Part shown: one piece after another, positions 19,560-27,619 of the stretch
Layout: every line of letters starts with the position of its first letter
Position numbering within the stretch: position 1 is the stretch's first letter
Assembly: GCA_965261395.1 (NCBI GenBank)
Contig: OZ253462.1
Coordinates: forward strand, 3,136,001 to 3,200,000
Length of the DNA: 64,000 nt
Origin: Candidatus Latescibacterota bacterium
GTDB taxonomy: Bacteria > Latescibacterota > UBA2968 > UBA8231
Direction of reading: 5' to 3'
Notes under the pieces: generated by a model
Database searches by the model: none
Seen by the model: the letters and a program-made list of their open reading frames with translations, nothing else
What the model was told of the DNA's origin: nothing
Translations under genes and position numbers: made by a program

Positions 19560-21524
19560 TCAACCCCAGAATATCACGTTCCAAGTCATGCCGGTGAAAT
19601 GATCGACGATCAAATAGAAACCGCCGGGGGTGAAATAGCCGAGGATCATCCCCATAAAAAAGGGCCGCGTTTTCAGGTAGAGCCGCACGCCCCCGTATTT
19701 GAGCACGAGCACTTTGACTCCCCAAGCGATGAACATGTTGAACCACAAGTGGTCCATGATCCAGATTGGCCCGATCACGTAGCCCAGCGGATGCAGCGGC
19801 CACCAGACGTAGAGCCAGCGCGCGGCCATCAAGATGGTCATAATTGCCGCGCCAATCCCCATATTGATCCAGCCCCAGCCGTAGAAGTCGGTCGGCGTGC
19901 GGAGGACCTTCTCCACATAGCTGTAGTTGCCGCCGCTCCAGATCCACAAGTTGATCGCCCCGTACTTGTGGCTGAGCAGCATCACCATCCACACGGCCGC
20001 GCCCATGGCCACGACCAGCGCCAACGCGATGATCCAAAAGAGCGGCCGGCGGTTGCGCCCCAACTCCTCGCCCAGCCGCAGACTGTTGGCGCAAGAGACC
20101 ATGACGAAATTGCGCCCGGTGGTCCACATAAAGGTCGTTGCCAGAACGACTAAGCCTTGGGCACCGATGACCGACGAACCCACCGCGGACACCAAAATCC
20201 CCGCTGGTACCACCGGCGGCGAGCCGTCCGAAAGCCCGCCCTCGGCCACTACCCGCGAATAGCCAAAAATGATGACGACGCCGAGGAAGAGAATGGCCAG
20301 CCCGAAAGTCAGCGGTAGCCCGGCCAGCCACAGCCAACCTACTATCGTCAGACAAGAGGCTATCAGCATGATCAGGGCCGCGCGGTAGGAGAGGATTTCG
20401 TCGCTGTCGTCAATACTCTCGTCGCCTTTGAACGCCTTGCGCCACACGCCCTTTAGATGCTTGCGCGCCGTCCAGATGCCGCCTAAAAAGAGCACGAGGA
20501 TTGCGCCCATCGATTGATAGGCCAAAAAGGGATCGTGTACCGCGTGGCCGGCCCCGCCCGTCTCGCTGCTGACCACGCCCAGAATGCCGAAAATGCCGCG
20601 CACCGCAAAAGAGAGCAGGTTGAAAAACCACAGGCTGAAGGCAATATCGGTCTTGAGAAAATAGAAGAAGCCGATGATGTTGAAGCGCAGCGCGACATAC
20701 AGGTCGGCTGTGCGGCGGAAAACCGGCACATCCATGCGTATGGGATCAACGTTCTGGGCGATGGGGATGATCTCGGGAAAGTAGTTGTACAGCCCGTGCA
20801 ATGTGCCCCAGAGCGCGGGGATGGCAAAACCGGCCCACATGATGGGGTTTTTGAAGAAGGGACTTAGCTTTTGGTCGTCTTCACCCTCCTCGGTCATAGC
20901 TAGTGGCACCTGCATCAGCGGATAGATCAGCCGCTCGTGCTGGATCCACTGTTTGCGCAGGATCGTCATGAAGGAAATCATCATTAGGAAGAGGGCGCAG
21001 ATAAAGGGCGTCCACACCCCGATGACTGTGCGCCAGACTTCCCAAGGAATCGGTTCGTCCCGTCCACTGCCCTCGTAGAACTTGCGGACGGTCTCCAAGT
21101 CGTGGACCATCAGCCAGTCGGGGATATAGGGATGGATCAGGTCCCGCCACTCGTTTTCGGCGGTGGCGTAGTAGAAGGGATAGCTAATGGCGCTGAGGAA
21201 CTTGCCGACGAAGAGGGTCGGGATCGGCGAGGCCATTACCATCATAACATAGACGACCAGCAGTTCGCGCCGATTTAACCCCAAGCGCGGGTGGACGAGC
21301 TTGAGCAGGGGATTAATAAAGAGGGTCAGCAGGAACAGGATGAACACCGCCCCAGGCATACTGGTGCCCAAGGCCATAAAGGAGCCGTGTAAATAGAGGG
21401 TACCGTAGGCGGCCCCGGCCGACACGCTGAAGGCCCCGGCGCATCCGACCAGCACGGATTTGACGGTAAAAGCTGGTCCTCCGTTTGCCTCCTTGGGTGA
21501 TGTCAGCTCGGGTTTGGTCGGCAT
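19560..21524 (-). CDS. DUF6785/DUF6784-type polytopic inner-membrane protein (putative transporter)
   Basis: Many TM helices; RKQWIQHERLIYPL, RVVAEGGL, WWPLHPLG, KYGGVRLY..RPFFMG motifs. Confidence 0.8.
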   Translation of the reverse strand: MPTKPELTSPKEANGGPAFTVKSVLVGCAGAFSVSAGAAYGTLYLHGSFMALGTSMPGAVFILFLLTLFINPLLKLVHPRLGLNRRELLVVYVMMVMASPIPTLFVGKFLSAISYPFYYATAENEWRDLIHPYIPDWLMVHDLETVRKFYEGSGRDEPIPWEVWRTVIGVWTPFICALFLMMISFMTILRKQWIQHERLIYPLMQVPLAMTEEGEDDQKLSPFFKNPIMWAGFAIPALWGTLHGLYNYFPEIIPIAQNVDPIRMDVPVFRRTADLYVALRFNIIGFFYFLKTDIAFSLWFFNLLSFAVRGIFGILGVVSSETGGAGHAVHDPFLAYQSMGAILVLFLGGIWTARKHLKGVWRKAFKGDESIDDSDEILSYRAALIMLIASCLTIVGWLWLAGLPLTFGLAILFLGVVIIFGYSRVVAEGGLSDGSPPVVPAGILVSAVGSSVIGAQGLVVLATTFMWTTGRNFVMVSCANSLRLGEELGRNRRPLFWIIALALVVAMGAAVWMVMLLSHKYGAINLWIWSGGNYSYVEKVLRTPTDFYGWGWINMGIGAAIMTILMAARWLYVWWPLHPLGYVIGPIWIMDHLWFNMFIAWGVKVLVLKYGGVRLYLKTRPFFMGMILGYFTPGGFYLIVDHFTGMTWNVIFWG

Positions 21525-21546
21525 TATCTATGCTAGTGCAGAAGAA

Positions 21547-22362
21547 TCAGCCATAAAACTTGGCAACCAATTCGGCCGGCTTGCCATCTACCGTCGCCGG
21601 ATCTAGCGCCTGTGCGCCGAAGACCACAGGAAAGGTTTGGCCGGTGTCCAGAGTGCGGGTCTCGGCATCCATATAGGTTGCGCTGAAAGCGCGGCGGGCC
21701 GACGCGGTGGAATTGGTCCCCGAGCGATGCAGCAGGAAGTTGTGCAGCAGAATGGCCTCCCCGGCCTCGGCTTCTAGGTCAATCACCGCCTCTGGGGGCG
21801 TGTATTGGGCCTCTTGCTCGGCGGGGAGAAAGTGCCGCTCGTTGATGATGCCGTGCTTGTTGCTACCCGGCGCGATCTGCATACAGCCAGTGACTGTGGT
21901 CGCGTCGTCGAGCGCCGTCCACACGGTGACGATGGGATTGGTGTCGATGCCCCAGCCAATGCCTACGTCCTGATGCCAAGGCAGTTCGCGGCGGAGTTCG
22001 GGCGGTTTGTTCATAAACATCGAGCGGAAGACCGAGATCTCTTCGCCGATGTAGCGGCGGGCAATTTGGTGGAAGAGGGGATGCTGGATATAGGCGAGGA
22101 AAAGCGGATCCTGCTCTAGGTCGTCGATGCGCCGGTACGCGAGCGTCTGCACCTCGTTGCCCATGGTGCGGCGCACTTCGCCGTCTTCTTCGATGACCTG
22201 CAAGCGCATGTGCTCGTAGCGGACGCGGCCCAGCATGATGTCGTCGATGCGCTGTTGCAAGGCGGCCAATTCGTCCGGGGACATGACGTTGCCCAGCCGC
22301 AGGTAGCCTTGATCCATGAACTGCTCGTGGTGTGCATCGCCAAAGGTGGAAAGAGCTTGCAT
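21547..22362 (-). CDS. Phytanoyl-CoA dioxygenase (PhyH) family Fe(II)/2-oxoglutarate dioxygenase
   Basis: PWHQD...TVWTALDD...GCMQIAPGS...LHRSGTN...RR (HxD...H triad). Confidence 0.9.
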   Translation of the reverse strand: MQALSTFGDAHHEQFMDQGYLRLGNVMSPDELAALQQRIDDIMLGRVRYEHMRLQVIEEDGEVRRTMGNEVQTLAYRRIDDLEQDPLFLAYIQHPLFHQIARRYIGEEISVFRSMFMNKPPELRRELPWHQDVGIGWGIDTNPIVTVWTALDDATTVTGCMQIAPGSNKHGIINERHFLPAEQEAQYTPPEAVIDLEAEAGEAILLHNFLLHRSGTNSTASARRAFSATYMDAETRTLDTGQTFPVVFGAQALDPATVDGKPAELVAKFYG

Positions 22363-22431
22363 GATGTGGTCTCCTTTTTGGGGACAGGGTATAATACAAT
22401 TATAAAGTGCGCTCGTGCAACGCCGCGGCGA

Positions 22432-24033
22432 TTAAGGCTCGTGTACGGTCAGGAGCTGGTCGGCGGCGATGTCTTGCAAGCGCTGCACAGTGCCGCTGGG
22501 CCAGCGGATTTCCACCTCATCGACGCGGGTGCGGTCTCCCAACCCGAAAAAGGGGCGCAGCGCGCTTTGGCACATGTAGCTCGATCCGGCGCGCACCACG
22601 TCCCAACGCACCCAGTCGCCCGCGGCAACGCGGACCTCGGCTCCGACGAAGTCCCCAACCAACCGCAAGCTCAAATAGTGCTGGGCATTGCCGCCGTCAT
22701 TGCGCAAGAGCGCGGCGGGTTGATTGTTGTTGGCTACTGTGATGTCGAGGTCGCCGTCGTTGTCGTAATCGCCCATAGCCGCGCCGCGACTCACATGCTG
22801 CAACAGCAGGCCCGGCCCCACCTGATTGCTCACGTCGGCGAAGTGCCCTTGGCCCTCGTTGCGGAAAAGTTGGTTTTGCTGCTCGTACGTCACGGCGTCG
22901 AACAGGTGGATGTTGTCGTCGAGGTGGCCGTTGGCCACAAACAAGTCGCGGTCGCCGTCGTTGTCGTAGTCGATGAAGAGGGTGCCCCAGGCGAGGAACT
23001 GCAAGCTGGGAACCCCTAGCCCGGACTGAAAGGTCACGTCGGCAAAAAACCCGTTGCCGAGGTTGCGGTACAGGCTGTTGGTTTCCCACTGGTAGTTGGT
23101 GACGAAGAAGTCAAACCGGCCGTCGCCGTCGTAGTCGCCCACGTCAACCCCCATGCCAGCCAACGGCTTGCCGGCGTCGTTGTAGGCCACCCCGGCCAAC
23201 GCGCCTATCTCGGCAAAGCGGCCCCCCTCGTTGCGGTAGAGCAAATTGGGGGTGCGGTCGCCTGCTGCGTACAAGTCGAGATCGCCGTCTGAATCGTAGT
23301 CGATGAAAAAGGCCCCTAATTCCTTGGCGGCGTCCGGCAGCAACCCGGCCTCCTCGGTGACATCGGCAAAGGTGGCGTCGCCTTCATTGCGATAAAAGAC
23401 GTCGCGCTGCGGCCCGAAGGCTTCCGGCCCGCAGTACACTGCAATTCCGCCGGAGCGGATGCAGGGCTCGTGTATTTCGGGACGAAACTTGGCGTAATTG
23501 GCCACAAAGAAGTCCAAGTCGCCGTCTAAATCGTAGTCGGCAAAGGCTGCGCCCGTACTCATCGCCGGATTGACTAGCGCTGGCCCGGCCACGCCGGCTT
23601 GGTCGGTTGCATCAGTGAACCGGCCCGTGCCCTCGTTGCGGTAGAGGGTATTGGGGCCGTACGCGGTGATGTACAAGTCCAAGTCGCCGTCTGAATCGTA
23701 GTCGGCTGCGGCACAGCCCAACCCGTAGCCCGGATCAGCCACACCAGCCTCGTTGGTTGCATCGGTGAATTGGCCGGCGCTCGCGTTGCGGTAGAGCGCA
23801 CTCGGGCCGGCGCTGTTGACGAAGTACAGGTCGAGCCACCCGTCGCCATCGTAGTCGAAAAAGGCCGCGCCCGAGCCCATGGTCTCCATTGGATACTTTT
23901 GCCCTTCGGCCCCGTTCTGGTGGCGAAAAGCGATTCCGGACTCGGCCGCCACCTCGACAAACTGCACCTCGGCGCGGCCTGGCGCAGCCCATAGGCACGC
24001 CAAGGCGGCTCCTAAGAGGGCGCGCTGCGTCAC
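22432..24033 (-). CDS. CRTAC1-family protein (FG-GAP/VCBS repeats + ASPIC/UnbV)
   Basis: Repeated DYDxDGDLD motifs; C-terminal GSSYMCQS...FGLG...WPSG. Confidence 0.9.
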   Translation of the reverse strand: MTQRALLGAALACLWAAPGRAEVQFVEVAAESGIAFRHQNGAEGQKYPMETMGSGAAFFDYDGDGWLDLYFVNSAGPSALYRNASAGQFTDATNEAGVADPGYGLGCAAADYDSDGDLDLYITAYGPNTLYRNEGTGRFTDATDQAGVAGPALVNPAMSTGAAFADYDLDGDLDFFVANYAKFRPEIHEPCIRSGGIAVYCGPEAFGPQRDVFYRNEGDATFADVTEEAGLLPDAAKELGAFFIDYDSDGDLDLYAAGDRTPNLLYRNEGGRFAEIGALAGVAYNDAGKPLAGMGVDVGDYDGDGRFDFFVTNYQWETNSLYRNLGNGFFADVTFQSGLGVPSLQFLAWGTLFIDYDNDGDRDLFVANGHLDDNIHLFDAVTYEQQNQLFRNEGQGHFADVSNQVGPGLLLQHVSRGAAMGDYDNDGDLDITVANNNQPAALLRNDGGNAQHYLSLRLVGDFVGAEVRVAAGDWVRWDVVRAGSSYMCQSALRPFFGLGDRTRVDEVEIRWPSGTVQRLQDIAADQLLTVHEP

Positions 24034-24209
24034 TCGCGTTCGGAATCAGCGGCGGCTTCGCTGGCCCCGCGGCCGGCGGCCATGTTGCGGATCATCTTGA
24101 CCACATCGCCAAAGCCCTTGTAGGCCACGGCGACGACAATGGCGTAAAAGAGGACGCTGGCGGCGATAAAGACGAATTGCCATAAGACTTTCCAAGTTTC
24201 GACGTCCAT
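24030..24209 (-). CDS. 59-aa small membrane protein, possible symporter accessory subunit
   Basis: Hand translation MDVETWKVLWQFVFIAASVLFYAIVVAVAYKGFGDVVKMIRNMAAGRGASEAAADSERE*; starts 4 nt after the symporter stop, and its TGA overlaps the next GTG (GTGA). Confidence 0.7.
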   Translation of the reverse strand: MDVETWKVLWQFVFIAASVLFYAIVVAVAYKGFGDVVKMIRNMAAGRGASEAAADSERE

Positions 24210-24213
24210 TACA

Positions 24214-25755
24214 TTACTCCATTTCGCTAAAGTCTATAGGGCGCGGTGGGTGCGAGCGCTGGGTGAGCGAGGCCACGACCAGCATGGCGAGGCCGCCCAA
24301 GGCTAGGCTGGTAATCCCGACGAGGTTGGAGCTTTCGACCAACGGCAACAAAAACTCGGGCACCAAGTGCTGGTTTTCGTTCATAATCAGAAAGTTGAGC
24401 GGCACCAGTGCGCCGAGGATCAGGGCGCAGTACGCACCCGGGGTATTGGCCTTTTTCCAGTACAGCCCCAAGGCCACGGTGCCGACACAGCCGGCGAAAT
24501 AGATGGTGCCGGTGACGTACATAAAGCGGAAGGCCGTCTCGGGAAGCTGGTAGAGCGCGCCGAAAATGGCCAAGAAGGCGGCGAGGATGACGACGATGGC
24601 TCGGGTCCAGTAGATCTCGCGCTCGCTCGACAGCCCGCCCCAAGTGCCGTCCGCCTCGCGCTCGCCGCTCGACTTGGCGAGCATGGCCTTGATCGGCGAG
24701 ACCACGTCGCGGACGATAACGCCGCTCCAGGCTAGCAGGTAGCTGTCGTGGGTGGACATGAAGGCGGCGAACATCCCGGCCATGAGCAGGCCGGCGATGC
24801 CGATGGGCAGGATTTTGCCGAGCATTTCGGGCATGGCGTAGTGGGGGTCGAGTTCGGGGTTGCCAAAATAGGCCAGGGCCGCGATGCCCCAAAACATTGG
24901 CACCATCGCCCGCCCCATGACCGTGCCCGCGGCGATCCAGAACACGCGGCGGGCCACCTTGGGACTTTCGGCACTCAGCGGCCGCATCATTTCGGGTTGC
25001 CAGACCACGCCGACTAGGCCGACGCAAAATAAAAATAAGATCATTGAGATGCCGTAGCCGGGATTGGCTATGGGATCGAAGCCGATGTCGCCTTTGTGAA
25101 CCTCGACGGCCTGGACCATGGTGTCCCAGCCGAGCTGTGGGTGATTGAGAATTATATACGTGCCAAAGAAAAATCCCAGCGACAACAGCACGAACTGCGC
25201 GAAGTCCGTCAGTACCACCGAGACCATGCCGCCCATCAGCGTGTAGAAGACGACGATGAGCAACATGCCGACCATGACGTAGTTGACGTATTCCTTGTCG
25301 AGGCCGGTGAAGCCAACGACGAACTTGCTGCCGAGGATGGGAAACAGCCCCATGTTGAGGGTGCCGGCGAGGGTGAGGATGATGCCGCCGAGCAGGCGCA
25401 CGCCGCGCGTGTATTTGATTTCGTAGAACTCGGGCACGGTCATCACCTGCAAATGGCGCAGGCGGCTGACGATAAAGCCGGTGCGGCCGATGATCAGGGT
25501 GGTAATCAGCGCCATGAGGCCAAAGACGAAGGGCACGAAGCCGTATTTAAAGCCCTCCTCGGCCATGTACATGACCGTGACCAGCCCGAGGCCGGTCGAG
25601 ACCATAGTGGCGACGGCCATGTGGGTTTTCAGGCCGCGGCCGGCGACGAGGAAGTCGGAGATGCCCTTGATGGCACCTCGGGCCAACGTACCGGCGACGA
25701 TGGTGCCGCCGACATAGACGAGGACGATGGCGTAGTCAATCCAGCTCAGGTGCAT
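24214..25755 (-). CDS. Sodium:solute symporter (SSS) family protein
   Basis: SDFLVAGRGL, TVPEFYEIKY, YTLMGGMVSVVLTDFAQF, FAAFMSTHDSYL, LGLYWKKAN. Confidence 0.92.
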   Translation of the reverse strand: MHLSWIDYAIVLVYVGGTIVAGTLARGAIKGISDFLVAGRGLKTHMAVATMVSTGLGLVTVMYMAEEGFKYGFVPFVFGLMALITTLIIGRTGFIVSRLRHLQVMTVPEFYEIKYTRGVRLLGGIILTLAGTLNMGLFPILGSKFVVGFTGLDKEYVNYVMVGMLLIVVFYTLMGGMVSVVLTDFAQFVLLSLGFFFGTYIILNHPQLGWDTMVQAVEVHKGDIGFDPIANPGYGISMILFLFCVGLVGVVWQPEMMRPLSAESPKVARRVFWIAAGTVMGRAMVPMFWGIAALAYFGNPELDPHYAMPEMLGKILPIGIAGLLMAGMFAAFMSTHDSYLLAWSGVIVRDVVSPIKAMLAKSSGEREADGTWGGLSSEREIYWTRAIVVILAAFLAIFGALYQLPETAFRFMYVTGTIYFAGCVGTVALGLYWKKANTPGAYCALILGALVPLNFLIMNENQHLVPEFLLPLVESSNLVGITSLALGGLAMLVVASLTQRSHPPRPIDFSEME

Positions 25756-25842
25756 GCGTTCTCCTGTGGTGTTTCAGTAGTGGAAAAGCCGAACGGCCTG
25801 CCAATTTAACATTTTAGCGCGGGCATGTCACCTCGCGGGCGA

Positions 25843-25871
25843 TTGACCCCCCGAGGGGCGGTTAATATACT
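25843..25871 (+). promoter_or_regulatory. Sigma70-type promoter for 25925..27399
   Basis: TTGACC-17 bp-TATACT in the divergent intergenic gap. Confidence 0.65.
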
Positions 25872-25924
25872 TGCGCCGCGTTTCACCGCGCCGTTAGGCG
25901 TGAACATTAACTACTAAGAAGGAT

Positions 25925-26362
25925 ATGAATATGTTGCTACGACTTATGCGCCGGTCGCTGCTGTTGGTCGCGGGCCTGTCGTGGGCCGGTTGCGGGGGCG
26001 ATGACTCGACGCTGGGACCGGACGGAACGGATGGCGAGGGCACGCTCACCGAGGCTACTCTAGCACAGGTCAGCGGGGTCTTCTCGGTTAGTTGCGCCCT
26101 TTCGGGTTGCCACAGCGGCGGGGAGCCCACGGCTGATTTGTCGCTGGAGGGCGACTTTGCTGCTCGTATCGTCGGCGTCGCCAGCGGCCAGCGGCCCGAT
26201 CTCAAGCTCGTCGATCCGGGGAATCCCGACAGCTCGTACCTGCTGATAAAGGTGCGCGGCGACGACGAAATCGTCAGCCAGCAAATGCCGCCGGGCAAGG
26301 TTTTGCCCGCAGAGCAGGTGGAGATAATCCGCGCGTGGATCGCCAGCGGAGCGAAAGAATAA
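25925..26362 (+). CDS. Lipoprotein c-type cytochrome (CX4CH, planctomycete cytochrome c-like)
   Basis: WAGC lipobox; CALSGCH; VDPGNPDSSYL...QMPP...IRAWIASGA. Confidence 0.7.
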   Translation: MNMLLRLMRRSLLLVAGLSWAGCGGDDSTLGPDGTDGEGTLTEATLAQVSGVFSVSCALSGCHSGGEPTADLSLEGDFAARIVGVASGQRPDLKLVDPGNPDSSYLLIKVRGDDEIVSQQMPPGKVLPAEQVEIIRAWIASGAKE

Positions 26363-27399
26363 TGCCTGTCTTTTCTCCAGCATCTTTGATCGAAACCACC
26401 GCCGCCATTTTTGCCGCGGCTGGCATGCGCGCTGATGAGGCACTCACTGTCGCCGAATTGCTCGTCGAAGCAAATCTCGTCGGCCACGACTCGCACGGCG
26501 TCATCCGCATCCCCCAGTACTTGGGCCAAGTCGAAGCCGGCGACATCGTGCCAGACGCTGCCGTCGAAGTCGTTCACGAGGCTCCGACGCTAGCCGTGCT
26601 CGACGCGCATTGGGGCTTTGGGCAGGTGGCGATGAGTCGCGGCGTGGACCTGGGCTTGGAGAAGGCGCGGGCCACGGGCATGGCCGCTATCTCCGTCCGC
26701 CAAGCCAATCACATCGGCCGCCTCGGCAGCTATGTGGAGCGCATTGCCGAGGGTACTGCCATCGCCCTGCTGTTCGTCAACGGCGCACCGGTCTGCCGCA
26801 TGGCCCCGTGGGGAGGGCGCGAAGCCCGGCACGGCACCAATCCAATCGCCATGGCGTTTCCGTCGCGCAGCGGCCCGCCGGTCGTCCTCGACATGACCAC
26901 GTCGGCGGTGGCCGAGGGCAAGGTGCGAGTGCAGCGCAATCGCGGGGCTGAGGTGCCCGACGGCTGGCTGATCGACGCCGAAGGCCAGCCGACCAACGAT
27001 CCCCACACCTTGTACGCCGATCCGCCCGGCACCATCCTGCCCTTGGGCGGCAGCCTCGGGCACAAGGGCTACGGTCTGAACGTGGCGGTTGAGTTGTTGG
27101 CTGGTGCGTTGGCCGGGGCCGGCTGCATAGGCCAGGATCGGCCCTTCCGCAACGGGGCCATGCTGTTGGTGCTCGACGTGGAAAAGCTGGTGGGGTTAGA
27201 CGCCTATTTCGCCGAGGCCGACACGTACATCGCGTTTGTTAAGTCCGCGGCCACCGCGCCGGGAGTCGAGGCGATCTTGATGCCTGGGGACAGCGAGCGG
27301 GCGATGGCGGAGAAGCGGAAGGTGGAGGGGATTTTCGTCGAGGATGAGACGTGGGCGCAGATTGTGGCGAGTGCGGCGAAGGTGGGGGTTGAGGTTTGA
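26362..27399 (+). CDS. Ldh_2 family oxidoreductase (type-2 malate/L-lactate dehydrogenase family)
   Basis: GHDSHGVIRI, HIGRLGSY, GTNPIA, LDMTTS, GHKGYGL; ATG overlaps the upstream TAA. Confidence 0.9.
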   Translation: MPVFSPASLIETTAAIFAAAGMRADEALTVAELLVEANLVGHDSHGVIRIPQYLGQVEAGDIVPDAAVEVVHEAPTLAVLDAHWGFGQVAMSRGVDLGLEKARATGMAAISVRQANHIGRLGSYVERIAEGTAIALLFVNGAPVCRMAPWGGREARHGTNPIAMAFPSRSGPPVVLDMTTSAVAEGKVRVQRNRGAEVPDGWLIDAEGQPTNDPHTLYADPPGTILPLGGSLGHKGYGLNVAVELLAGALAGAGCIGQDRPFRNGAMLLVLDVEKLVGLDAYFAEADTYIAFVKSAATAPGVEAILMPGDSERAMAEKRKVEGIFVEDETWAQIVASAAKVGVEV

Positions 27400-27477
27400 G
27401 GTGAGGGGTGAAAGGTGAGGGAAACTTGCTCGTCGTCTGGAGCGCCTCTACACATAGTGAAACCCACCTCATGTACA

Positions 27478-27526
27478 AAAATGCCCCCTTTTTCGTACGT
27501 AGTATGTACAAAAAAGGGGGCATTTT
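27478..27526. terminator. Long inverted repeat between convergent genes (probable bidirectional terminator)
   Basis: AAAATGCCCCCTTTTTCGTAC / GTACAAAAAAGGGGGCATTTT, 21-bp arms with one mismatch. Confidence 0.65.
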
Positions 27527-27619
27527 ACGACGCTATCCCCGGCAGTTGGAATCGGCTATGCGGAGGAGATTAGTGGTAAGGGGCAAGTGGTTAGTGGTAA
27601 GTCCCCTCATCACTAACCA

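Noticed and set aside
22432-24033. Recurring GACTACGAC..CGACGGCGAC DNA motifs as a CRISPR or repeat array
   Set aside because: They encode FG-GAP DYDxDGD repeats within a CDS, with irregular spacing and no cas genes.
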